Shown: positions 54,935-64,000 of the stretch, in pieces | How the letters are laid out: each line of letters opens with the position of its first letter | Numbering within the stretch: position 1 is the first letter of the stretch | Assembly (NCBI GenBank): GCA_963674865.2 | Contig: CAXXYE010000003.1 | Location: 224,001-288,000 of the forward strand | Reading direction: 5' to 3' | From: Candidatus Hydrogenedentota bacterium | Lineage (GTDB): Bacteria > Hydrogenedentota > Hydrogenedentia > Hydrogenedentales > SLHB01 | Length of the DNA: 64,000 bases | The notes under the pieces: generated by a model | Databases searched by the model: none | Told to the model about the DNA's origin: nothing | What the model saw: only the letters and a program-made list of their open reading frames with translations | Made by a program: the position numbers and the translations under genes

Positions 54935-57493
54935 ATGCCAAAGGTTTCAACATATACCGTCGTTCCCAAGCTGCCCGGGAGGCTCGAGCGTCTTCGAGAG
55001 TTAGCCTACAACCTCTGGTGGTGTTGGAATCCGGAGGCGATCGAGCTGTTCTTTCGCATCGACCGGGACCGCTGGATTGCCACCTTCCAGAATCCCGTAC
55101 GAACGCTCGGAGAAGTCGGGCAATCTCGCCTCGAAGAGCTTGCCAGCGACGATAGTTTCTTGGCCCACCTCGATCGCGTGGTACGTCAATTCGACGAGTA
55201 CATGGGCACGAGTCGCTGGCATGAGAGAAATCCTGAGGCGTCGGAGGATCTCCGTGTAGCCTACGTGTCCGCGGAATTTGGGCTGCTGGAATCGATTTCC
55301 ATCTACTCGGGCGGCCTTGGTGTTCTGGCCGGAGATCATCTGAAGGCGGCCAGCGACATGGGCCTTCCCCTTGTTGGGGTAGGGCTTCTGTACCGTGAGG
55401 GCTACCTCCGCCAGTATCTAAACGCCGACGGGTGGCAGCAAGAGCGCTATCCCAGAAACGACTTCTTCAACCTTCCACTCAGCCTCGAACGAGATGCCGC
55501 GGGGCGGCAAGTCACGATTGAAGTGCCTCTGCCCGAGGGCGTCGCCAAGGCGCGCGTATGGCGTTGTCAGGTGGGCCGGGTTCCGCTCTACCTGTTGGAC
55601 GCCGATTACGACGACAATGACGCCGATGCCCGAGAGATAACAGCCCGCCTATACGGTGGGGACCGCGACATGCGGATCCGGCAGGAGATTCTGTTGGGTA
55701 TGGGGAGTGTCCAGGCGCTCCGTGCCCTGGGTATTCAACCCACGACCTATCATATCAATGAAGGCCATGCGGCGTTTATGACCTTCCAGCGGATCAAGGA
55801 GCTTATTCAGGAGGAAGGGTTGGGCCTGGGCCATGCGATTGAGGTCGTGAAGGCAGGCAGTGTTTTCACCACCCACACGCCGGTTCCCGCGGGCAATGAC
55901 TTGTTCTCGCCGGAGATTATGACGCACTATTTCAGCGCCTATGCCGAGGAAGTCGGCATGTCTATGGAGCAGCTTCTCGGCTTTGGCCGACAGGATCCGG
56001 ACGATTCCCGAGAGCCCTTCTGCATGACCGTCCTTGCTCTCAAGCTCTCTGCCGCTGCCAACGGCGTCAGCAGGCTGCACGGGGAAGTGGCACGAGGCAT
56101 GTGGACGCGAACATGGCCCGGCATTCCCGAGGATGAAGTGCCTATCACGGCCATCACTAACGGCGTACACACCCGGTTCTGGATCTCTCGCGATCTCGCC
56201 GGGTTGTATGATCGATACCTCGGTCCGAGCTGGATTATGGCCCCCGACGACCAGGCAACGTGGGGGCGCGTGGACGAGGTGCCCGACGCCGAATTGTGGC
56301 GCACGCACGAGCGGCGGCGCGAACGCCTCGTCAATTTCGCCAGGAAGCGGCTCGTGGCCCAGTTGGAGCAGCGAGGTATGCCGCGGGCCGAGACGGGCGC
56401 GGCAGGGGAGGCGCTTGACCCCGAGGTGTTGACCATCGGCTTTGCGAGGCGCTTCGCCGCCTACAAGCGAGCTACCCTTATTCTGCAGGACCCCGAGCGC
56501 CTGGTGAGGATCTTGACGAATGAAGACTGCCCGGTGCAGTTTATCATTGCCGGCAAGGCTCATCCCGCCGATAACCAAGGGAAAGAGGTCATACGCGCTC
56601 TCGTGCACTTTGCGCGGAATCCCGAGGTGCGCAATCACTTCATCTTCGTGGAGGATTACGACATCAACGTGGCCCGTTACATGGTGCAGGGGGTGGATTG
56701 TTGGCTCAACACGCCGCGCCGCCCCATGGAGGCCAGCGGCACCAGTGGGATGAAGGCCGCCGCGAACGGGGCCCTCAATATAAGCATTCCCGACGGTTGG
56801 TGGTGCGAGGCGACGGAGCTCGGGGAAAACGGCTGGAATATAGGCCGTGGCGAAACGTATGCGAGCACGGACGAGCAGGATGTAGTCGAGAGCCAGATGC
56901 TCTACGAGATACTTGAAGAGGAAGTTGTCCCGCTCTTCTATAACCGCGGGCGGGACGGTCTTCCGCGAGGCTGGATTCAGCGTATGAAGACGGCCATCCG
57001 AACCACGTGCCCTGTTTTCAATACAAATCGAATGGTGCAGGAGTACACGGATCGCTTCTACATGCCGTGTACACGACGGCGCAACAAACTGTGCTCCGAC
57101 GGCCGCGCCGGCGCCAAGGCATTGGCCGAGTGGAAGACTCGAGTACGTAGCGCTTGGCGGAAGGTCCGGTTCACCGAAGTCCAATCCGGCCCTACCGAGG
57201 GCCTGCCCTATGGCTCAACCCTTCAGGTGACGGCGGATTTGTTCCTCGATACCTTGAGCACGGACGACGTGGTTGTTGAGGTTTACTACGGAGATCTCGA
57301 TGCCCGTGGGGAAATCCACCAGGGACAGACTTCGGTTATGGATTGCACCAAGCAGGCCGGCGACGGCCTCTACCGGTTCGAGGGGGCCATTCTGTGTGAG
57401 CAGACGGGCCAGCACGGTTACATGGTGCGTGTCATGCCAAGCCACGTGAATCTAGCCCAGAAGCACGAGATGGCCCTTATTCACTGGGCATGA
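54935..57493 (+). CDS. glgP: Alpha-glucan (glycogen) phosphorylase
   Basis: Motifs YSGGLG, NEGH, FTTHT, ARRFAAYKR and PLP-site EASGTSGMK. Confidence 0.96.
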   Translation: MPKVSTYTVVPKLPGRLERLRELAYNLWWCWNPEAIELFFRIDRDRWIATFQNPVRTLGEVGQSRLEELASDDSFLAHLDRVVRQFDEYMGTSRWHERNPEASEDLRVAYVSAEFGLLESISIYSGGLGVLAGDHLKAASDMGLPLVGVGLLYREGYLRQYLNADGWQQERYPRNDFFNLPLSLERDAAGRQVTIEVPLPEGVAKARVWRCQVGRVPLYLLDADYDDNDADAREITARLYGGDRDMRIRQEILLGMGSVQALRALGIQPTTYHINEGHAAFMTFQRIKELIQEEGLGLGHAIEVVKAGSVFTTHTPVPAGNDLFSPEIMTHYFSAYAEEVGMSMEQLLGFGRQDPDDSREPFCMTVLALKLSAAANGVSRLHGEVARGMWTRTWPGIPEDEVPITAITNGVHTRFWISRDLAGLYDRYLGPSWIMAPDDQATWGRVDEVPDAELWRTHERRRERLVNFARKRLVAQLEQRGMPRAETGAAGEALDPEVLTIGFARRFAAYKRATLILQDPERLVRILTNEDCPVQFIIAGKAHPADNQGKEVIRALVHFARNPEVRNHFIFVEDYDINVARYMVQGVDCWLNTPRRPMEASGTSGMKAAANGALNISIPDGWWCEATELGENGWNIGRGETYASTDEQDVVESQMLYEILEEEVVPLFYNRGRDGLPRGWIQRMKTAIRTTCPVFNTNRMVQEYTDRFYMPCTRRRNKLCSDGRAGAKALAEWKTRVRSAWRKVRFTEVQSGPTEGLPYGSTLQVTADLFLDTLSTDDVVVEVYYGDLDARGEIHQGQTSVMDCTKQAGDGLYRFEGAILCEQTGQHGYMVRVMPSHVNLAQKHEMALIHWA

Positions 57494-57589
57494 GGCCCCG
57501 GCCCCAGCGCAGGGAAAGTGAGCGCGCAGGGGAAGAAATAAACGGCTCGGCGGAAGGCGTGGGGGCTTGACGATAAGTCTGGCGGGATC

Positions 57590-59116
57590 TTAGAGCAAGT
57601 CGAATAGGCCCAAGTCGCCTCCCTGCATGATCAGTTCGGCCACGGTGACGAAGAACTGCGTGTCGACTTGGCCCTGGAAAAGATTGTCCAGGGCGTGGAA
57701 GAAGTCCACGAGGCTCTCGATGCTTGCGACGAGTTCACTTGTTTCGGCTGAAAGCTCGGATGTGTCCTCTTGGGTTCCGCTGTAAACATAGAGTCCACGC
57801 AGCATCTCGATGGCCGCACGTTGAATGTCGAGGCCGGCTAGTTCCTCTTGGGCAAACTGGGCGCCCTCGTCCAACTGCATTCCCAGTTCCTGGACCGCTT
57901 CATAGATTGTCCGGGCCGCTTCGATATCGCCCGTTTCCTCGTAGTACTTCCCGTACTCCAGAAGCGTGTCGCCAAGGCCGCACAGGAAGTCGCGCTCTTC
58001 GGCGCCGGCCGTCAGTGCCGTTAGGAGCTTCGCCGCCTGGGGGTCCATACCGCTTTCCACGAGCGCTTGTTCGCGATATGCCGCCGCCTGCAGGGCGTAC
58101 GCGCTTGCCTTGTCCAGCGCGCGGGCTTGGGCGAGCATCGCAAGCGCCTTTTCTAGGTTGCCGTTCTCCAGGAGGAGCCTTGCTTCCATGTAGTAGCTCA
58201 GGGCGTTGTCGGGATCCAGGTCGTGCAACGAGGCGAGTTGAACGGGTTCGGTGGCCGTCGTGGTTCGCTCAGAAGTCTTTCTGGCTAGTGCAAACCGCAG
58301 GTATGGGTCATCCGGCGAGTGCCCGACAACCTTGAGAAGGAGCAGTTCGGCTTCTTCCGGCGCAAGGGCTTGACATGCGCCGACAATCGCCGCGTCCGAG
58401 GCCTCCGCACGTTCCGCCACGGTGCGTGCCTGTTCCTGGGTTAGTGACGCCCATTGTGTCAGTCGCTGCAAAGGCCCGTTATCCGCGCCGCCGTCCCGTC
58501 GTGCGGCGATGACGTCCTGGATGGTCAATTGCGCCAGGTCGGGAGGCGTGGTTGCTTCCATCGCCGTCTCATCGATAATGCTGGGGGGAGCCGTGGGCTC
58601 CACCGGTAGCTCAGTGCCCTGTGCCAAGTGGAGCTCCGGATTCTGGAATGTGCCGGGTAATGGCGTCGGTGCTTCATCTCGAGACGGTGCGCCGTGCCCT
58701 TCGGCCGGGCCGTGTGCCACACGTTCCGGCACATTGGCGTTGAAGCTAAGTAGCCACCAGGCTATTGCTACGCCGAGGGCCACGAGAACACCAGCGGCGG
58801 CGGCCGCCCAGTTCACAGTGAAAGTGGGGCGCCACCAGAGGCGCCGCAGGGCAGGCGCCTGCTCGGGCGTCGCGGTGAGTTTCCGGACAGCGTCAAGCAC
58901 TCCCGGCACCAAATCCCTATGCGGCACATCAACGAGTAGGCTGTCGCCCAGTGCCTCAAGGTCAACCTTGGCCCCCACGAGCCACTCGTACTCCTCACGG
59001 CACGCCGGGCAATACGCCAGATGGCGCTGGATCTCCTCGGCTTCCTCCGCATGCAGCGCATTCTCGACCAAGTCAAGTAGCCTGGCCCCATATGTCTCAC
59101 ACGCTCGTTGGTTCAC
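57590..59116 (-). CDS. Anti-sigma factor (zf-HC2, TM and TPR-like extracytoplasmic region)
   Basis: HLAYCPAC (HxxxCxxC), a single TM and helical repeats. The start overlaps the ECF stop. Confidence 0.85.
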   Translation of the reverse strand: MNQRACETYGARLLDLVENALHAEEAEEIQRHLAYCPACREEYEWLVGAKVDLEALGDSLLVDVPHRDLVPGVLDAVRKLTATPEQAPALRRLWWRPTFTVNWAAAAAGVLVALGVAIAWWLLSFNANVPERVAHGPAEGHGAPSRDEAPTPLPGTFQNPELHLAQGTELPVEPTAPPSIIDETAMEATTPPDLAQLTIQDVIAARRDGGADNGPLQRLTQWASLTQEQARTVAERAEASDAAIVGACQALAPEEAELLLLKVVGHSPDDPYLRFALARKTSERTTTATEPVQLASLHDLDPDNALSYYMEARLLLENGNLEKALAMLAQARALDKASAYALQAAAYREQALVESGMDPQAAKLLTALTAGAEERDFLCGLGDTLLEYGKYYEETGDIEAARTIYEAVQELGMQLDEGAQFAQEELAGLDIQRAAIEMLRGLYVYSGTQEDTSELSAETSELVASIESLVDFFHALDNLFQGQVDTQFFVTVAELIMQGGDLGLFDLL

Positions 59117-59721
59117 AGGTCCTTCCTATGCGGCGCATAGCGCTCACGAAGCGCCCGCAATATCCGGTGGAGTTTCGTCCTAACCGCGCCTTCCGTGCTA
59201 CCGATGATCTCGCCAATAGCCCGCGCCTGCATCCGCTCAAAGAACCGCAAGACAACAATCTCTCGCGATTCCTCGTCCAGCGAGTCAAGTGCCTTCAGCA
59301 GAAGCTCGCGGCGCTCCGCCTCCATAAGCTGCTCATCCGGGCTGTCGGCAGCGGAGGGGAGCACCTCGCCTGACGCTGCCCGCGCCGTGCTCGCGTACTC
59401 CTCAAGGGATTCCATCGGCACGGCCTTCTTGCGCTTCAACTCATTCAGGCACAGGTTTCGGGCAATACATAGAATCCAAGGCCGGAACTTTCGCTTGGGG
59501 TCGAAGCGCGCCCGTGCCACGTACACCCGCACGAAGGTCTCTTGAGCCATGTCCTGTGCCCGCTCAACATTTCTCAAATAGTGCAGACAGAAGCGGAATA
59601 TGTCATCTTGATAACGAGCCACGAGGGCAGCCACTGCCGCTTGATCGCCGCGACAAAGCGAGGCTACCAGTTCCTCGTCCGTTCTGTCGGCCGCGTTCAC
59701 AGGCCGCTTCGCTTCTTCCAC
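59113..59721 (-). CDS. ECF (group IV) sigma factor
   Basis: Region 2 (AQDMAQETF, WILCIARN) and region 4 (IGEIIGSTEGAVRTKLHR). The start is approximate. Confidence 0.93.
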   Translation of the reverse strand: MEEAKRPVNAADRTDEELVASLCRGDQAAVAALVARYQDDIFRFCLHYLRNVERAQDMAQETFVRVYVARARFDPKRKFRPWILCIARNLCLNELKRKKAVPMESLEEYASTARAASGEVLPSAADSPDEQLMEAERRELLLKALDSLDEESREIVVLRFFERMQARAIGEIIGSTEGAVRTKLHRILRALRERYAPHRKDL

Positions 59722-59922
59722 TAGCCCTTGTCCCGCCAGCCCTGTGCCGCGCGAGGCGCTGCAACGGGCGGGACCCGGTGCAAGCCTGCACCCAATATAC
59801 AAACGGGATCGGCAAACATCACGGGCCTTTGGACCTCCATTTCAGAGCATTAAGCTCCACGAAAACAAGTCTAATTCGTTCGTTATCAATATGTTAGTGG
59901 CGATCCGGGCTTCCGGCGCCCA

Positions 59923-60636
59923 TTACATCTTGGAATGCAGCAGGCGTCGCAAATTATCCCGCGAATTCTGCCAAGCCAGCGCACGGTCGTAATCCCGGTA
60001 GGCTCTTTCGCGGCGGGTGAACTCCCGCGTGTGTATCCGTCGGCGACCCGAAGCCAGTTCCTCGATGCCCAGCAGCGCGTGGAGCATCTCATGAAACACG
60101 ATATACCGGACAAAGTATCGTGGAACAAAAGCCTGGTCGAGGAGAGGATGGACGCGAATGAGCTCATCCTCGGATGAATAACTGCCGAAACGTATAGATC
60201 GGCGTGGCCGGACCGCGGGCATGCGCCCCCAAGTGATACGTGCAGTGACGGGCTGGTCGAAGTCCTCGCGGTTCAGTTCCTCAAACAGCGCCCACAGGTC
60301 AAAGTGGGTTCCCTGGGAGCGGATGGTGCGTCCGTTGTTCGGGCGCTGTCGGATCTGATGTCGATTCTCGCGGATGAATTCGTCGATCACCGCTGCTGCG
60401 CGCGGTGCCGAGCCTCGAGCGGTGAGCCATCGGGCCAGTGCATTCACCACGGCCGGACTCGCGCACAAGAACATGTGATGAAGACGCAGACGCACAGCGC
60501 CCTGACGCGCTCTCGGGGCGGTGCTTAACACCGTCGAGGTGTTATCCGTGATGGTTAGATGCAGGCGGAGTCCGCTGCGCGCCTCCAGCTCGCGGTGCAG
60601 CGTCGCTCCATCCCGCCAGGAAAACTCCAACTGCAT
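59923..60636 (-). CDS. SprT/YgjP-like zinc metalloprotease-fold protein
   Basis: HEMLH followed by HTREF, with FGSY and IRVHPLLD upstream. Confidence 0.8.
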   Translation of the reverse strand: MQLEFSWRDGATLHRELEARSGLRLHLTITDNTSTVLSTAPRARQGAVRLRLHHMFLCASPAVVNALARWLTARGSAPRAAAVIDEFIRENRHQIRQRPNNGRTIRSQGTHFDLWALFEELNREDFDQPVTARITWGRMPAVRPRRSIRFGSYSSEDELIRVHPLLDQAFVPRYFVRYIVFHEMLHALLGIEELASGRRRIHTREFTRRERAYRDYDRALAWQNSRDNLRRLLHSKM

Positions 60637-61019
60637 TCACATTCCTCTGAGTTCTCGCCTTCTTGCCAGGGGGCATAGGGTCGGTTCTGTGTTGCTCATA
60701 CTAACACGTGCCCCGACGGTTCTTGGCCGGTACCTTCCGCGGATGTCCCGTTCAATGCGAGTACACGCCATTGGGCCGGAGCTTGCTCTGAGATCATGCC
60801 TTGGGCGTATTCATGAAAAGGGCTTCCCAACGCCCCGGGGTAGGCAGCGCGCAGTAATCAGCGCACGACTTCTCACGAGTCGAGCGTATAGGAGCCTACC
60901 TCGATTGTCAAAGCCTACCGGGGTGCTTGGAACACCTTCGAATGATTCTGCAAGAGTCCAAGAGCGGACATCGATTGTCCCTACGTTGCTCGATGTGGCG
61001 ACGCCGCACGTTAACGGCG

Positions 61020-61048
61020 TTGACATCCCTGAGTTAAGGAGATACAGT
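61020..61048 (+). promoter_or_regulatory. Putative sigma70 promoter
   Basis: TTGACA-N17-TACAGT. Confidence 0.6.
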
Positions 61049-61341
61049 GGATGCAAGATAAGCGCTTTGGGACTTGACCGCAGCGGTGGTTTACGGTGCA
61101 TCCGTAGGCCGAAGTTGTCGGTATGACGGTAAGGCCGAAGAGTCTGGGGCGGGATCTTCGGCTCGCCTCTCGAACGGGGGGGACTCGGTAAGCAGGCATA
61201 CGGAGTGACTGGCCGGACTGGCCAAGGAATCTGGGGAGGGCGTATAGGAGTCTTGCGCTTTCCAGGAGTCGTGGGTTGGTGCGGGCCATTGCTCTCGCCT
61301 GCGTTGGCCGAATGCCTCGGAATTCCCGTGTAGGAGGGACC

Positions 61342-64000
61342 ATGGGAGAAGATGTAGATTACCTCGGCACGATGGGCGGCAGGGATACGGCGGAGGCGGG
61401 GCCGCTCAAGGTACTCCTGATCGATGATAGCCAAGCGTTCTACGAAGTCATCCGAGACATGCTGACGACCGTCGACGGGCGTGATTATCACCTCGACTGG
61501 GCGGCGACCTTCGATGCCGGGATGGAGGCTCTTCTCAGCAACGAGCATCACGTATGTCTCCTGGACTTTGTCCTTGGCGACGGTGATGGACTGGCGCTGC
61601 TTCGAGAAGTCGGTGAGCGCGGATGCTCCACTCCGGTCGTTATGCTGACGGGGCAGGGCGCACGGAGGATCGACATTGAGGCGATACGGGCGGGGGCGAC
61701 GGACTACGTCGAGAAGCTTGACGTATCACCGCCGGTTCTTGAACGGACAATACGGCACGCTATTGTGCGTCGGCGCGCGGAAGAGGCTTTGCGACAAGCA
61801 CGGGACGCGCTGGAGGACCGCGTAAGAGAAAGAACGGCGGAGCTTACGAAAACCGTCTCCGCGCTTGGCGCAGAGATCGCCGAACGAAAGCGCATCGAGA
61901 AGGCTCTCCGCGAAAGCGAGGCCCGGTTCCGCAACCTGATGGAACACCTGCCCGGCGTCGCAATCCAGGGATATCAGACCGACGGAAAGGTCGTTTTCTG
62001 GAACAAGGCCAGTGAGGAAGTCTACGGGTATTCGGCTGACGAGGCCATAGGAAAGTACCTCGGCGATCTCATCATTCCAGAGGATATCAAGCCGCTTCTT
62101 GAGAAGGCACTGGTTTTAGGCGCTGAGGCCGAGAATTCCGGCGAGTTCATGCCGTCTGGCGAGTGCGACCTTCTCCGCAAGGATGGCTCTCTGGTTCCTG
62201 TCTACTCGATCCATACGGCCGTGTGCGTGCGCGGCAGCGCCAACCTGCTTTTCTGTATCGATGTTGACCTCTCGGAGCGAAAGAAGGTGGAGGACGCGCT
62301 CAGGAAGAGCGAGACCGAGTACCGCCTGCTGGCCGAGAATCAGAAGGACGTGGTCCTGACGATCTCGCCGGAGGGAATCCTGACGTATTGCAGCCCGGCG
62401 CTTAAGGAATTGGCCGGTTACGAGCCCGAGGAAGTTGTCGGCAACCATTTCAGCGAATACTTGACTTCGGAGAACGACAGGACCAGGGCGGAACTTGCCA
62501 TTGGACGGGCTTTCTCCGAGCAGGTGTCGGGGACGTTTGAGTTTGTGCTCATATCGAGGTCAGGAGATGCCATCCCCGTCGAGATCACAGAGAAGCCGCT
62601 GGTGGACGCGGGGAAGGTGGTGGCACTTCAGTGCGTACTGCGCGATGTTACGGAGCGAAGACGTGCCGAAGAGACGGCTGTCCGGCTTGCTGAGGCCGTC
62701 GAGCACGCCGGTGAAGCGATTCTGATCACCGATTCGGATGGGAGCATCCAGTACGTCAACCCGGCCTTCACCGAAGTCACCGGCTACACGCGGGAGGAGG
62801 CACTTGCGCGCACCCCGCGGTTTCTGAAGAGCGGTGAGCATGATGAGGCGTTCTACCACGCGCTCTGGGCGACCATCTCGAGCGGCGAGGTCTGGCAGGG
62901 CCGGATGGTCAACAAGAGGAAAGACGGCACGCTCTACCGCGAAGACGCAACGATCTCGCCGGTGCGTGACCCTTCAGGAGTGATCGTAAACTATGTGTCC
63001 GTGAACCGCGACATCACAAAAGAGGTCGAACTCGAGCAACAACTCACGCAAGCCCAGAAACTCGAATCTGTCGGGCGTCTCGCGGGCGGCGTTGCCCACG
63101 ATTTCAACAACCTGCTCTCGCCCATTCTGGGATACGCCGAAATGGCGCTTGCGAAGCTCGATCCGAACGACCCGATGTACAGTGACTTCGCTCACATCCG
63201 CGATGCCGGCCAGCGCGCTACGGACTTGGTCCGTCAGCTACTGGCTTTTGGCCGAAAACAGATGATGGCCATGAGGGCAACGGATCTGAACGAGGTGGTG
63301 ACAGGGGTCGAGCCCATGCTGCGGAGGCTGATCGGAGAGGACATTGAGGTCGTGGCGCGACTGGCCTCTTCCCTCTACCAGGTCACGGCGGACCACTCCC
63401 AGATTGAGCAGGTTATTATGAACCTGGCCGTCAACGCTCGGGACGCTATGCCCAAGGGTGGAGCATTGGCCATCGAGACGGCCAACGTGGTAATCGACGC
63501 AGAGCGCGATGAGGCCCATCCCGGGGTCCCCCCTGGACAATACGCCACGTTCACCGTGCGCGACACCGGCCATGGCATCGACCAGGAAGCTCTGGCGCAC
63601 ATTTTTGAGCCGTTTTACACAACGAAGGAATTGGGCAAGGGTACGGGCCTGGGGCTGGCAACGGCCTACGGGATCATCAGCCAGCACAAGGGGCACATTC
63701 GCGTCGAAACCGAACCTGAACGCGGCACCGCCTTCATCATTTACGTACCTCGTTCGGATGCCGGCCCCGTGAAGGATACGGAGTCCTCTGTCGCGGGCCG
63801 AGGATGCGAAGGCAGCGAAACCATCTTGGTTGTCGAGGATGAAGAGATGGTGCGGAAGCTTGCGGGCGATGTGCTTGCCGCTCACGGATACAATGTGTTG
63901 CAGGCATCGCACGCGCAGGAGGCCCTTTCACTGGCGGACAAGCACCCTGACACTATCCACCTTCTTCTGACCGATGTGATCATGCCCCAAGTCAACGGCA
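61342..64000 (+). CDS. Hybrid sensor kinase REC-PAS-PAS-PAS-HisKA-HATPase-REC, 3'-partial
   Basis: ATG at 61342 after AGGAGG. Spot-checked manual translation gives VLLIDD, three PAS repeats, [21 protein letters not shown] and LLLTDVIMP in one frame. It is absent from the ORF track because it has no stop in the window. Confidence 0.93.
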   Translation, partial: MGEDVDYLGTMGGRDTAEAGPLKVLLIDDSQAFYEVIRDMLTTVDGRDYHLDWAATFDAGMEALLSNEHHVCLLDFVLGDGDGLALLREVGERGCSTPVVMLTGQGARRIDIEAIRAGATDYVEKLDVSPPVLERTIRHAIVRRRAEEALRQARDALEDRVRERTAELTKTVSALGAEIAERKRIEKALRESEARFRNLMEHLPGVAIQGYQTDGKVVFWNKASEEVYGYSADEAIGKYLGDLIIPEDIKPLLEKALVLGAEAENSGEFMPSGECDLLRKDGSLVPVYSIHTAVCVRGSANLLFCIDVDLSERKKVEDALRKSETEYRLLAENQKDVVLTISPEGILTYCSPALKELAGYEPEEVVGNHFSEYLTSENDRTRAELAIGRAFSEQVSGTFEFVLISRSGDAIPVEITEKPLVDAGKVVALQCVLRDVTERRRAEETAVRLAEAVEHAGEAILITDSDGSIQYVNPAFTEVTGYTREEALARTPRFLKSGEHDEAFYHALWATISSGEVWQGRMVNKRKDGTLYREDATISPVRDPSGVIVNYVSVNRDITKEVELEQQLTQAQKLESVGRLAGGVAHDFNNLLSPILGYAEMALAKLDPNDPMYSDFAHIRDAGQRATDLVRQLLAFGRKQMMAMRATDLNEVVTGVEPMLRRLIGEDIEVVARLASSLYQVTADHSQIEQVIMNLAVNARDAMPKGGALAIETANVVIDAERDEAHPGVPPGQYATFTVRDTGHGIDQEALAHIFEPFYTTKELGKGTGLGLATAYGIISQHKGHIRVETEPERGTAFIIYVPRSDAGPVKDTESSVAGRGCEGSETILVVEDEEMVRKLAGDVLAAHGYNVLQASHAQEALSLADKHPDTIHLLLTDVIMPQVNG

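Noticed and set aside
55649..57184. 511-aa minus-strand ORF and similar long overlapping ORFs elsewhere
   Set aside because: These are antisense shadows of glgP and other well-supported genes, with no motifs.
61165..61260. c-di-AMP riboswitch-like GAACGGGGGGGAC
   Set aside because: The other conserved blocks (GCTGAA, GAATC, AGCTAAC) are absent.
1..64000. CRISPR array, prophage, integron cassette array
   Set aside because: I saw no regularly spaced direct repeats, cas genes, phage structural genes, integrase or convincing attC sites.

Overview
This is a GC-rich bacterial chromosomal window. The gene repertoire resembles Hydrogenedentota or Planctomycetota, but that is an inference and I ran no search. 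Core genes are tRNA-Arg(ACG), purM-purL-purQ with a divergent LysR, gap-pgk, rpsO-pnp-M16 peptidase-dut and glgP. Accessory genes include carbohydrate and envelope enzymes (CE15 esterase, sialate O-acetylesterase, sulfatase, DegT aminotransferase, glycosyltransferases), an NfeD-flotillin pair, a standalone BLUF protein and an orphan glycyl radical enzyme with an atypical STCVE cysteine loop. Signalling genes are an ECF sigma/anti-sigma pair and two hybrid kinases, the second of which runs off the window and is missing from the ORF track. A small variable region at about 43.6-46.8 kb holds a MITE with internal REP-like palindromes, an IS200-type element and a possible orphan toxin-tip/immunity module. 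The most intriguing locus is 34.1-35.0 kb on the minus strand. There a sigma70-like promoter is followed by a roughly 245-nt structured RNA with overlapping antiterminator and terminator pairings, then a strong-RBS 58-aa ORF, then a protein with only a sigma-70 region-4 HTH, directly upstream of gap. I found no CRISPR array, prophage or rRNA.
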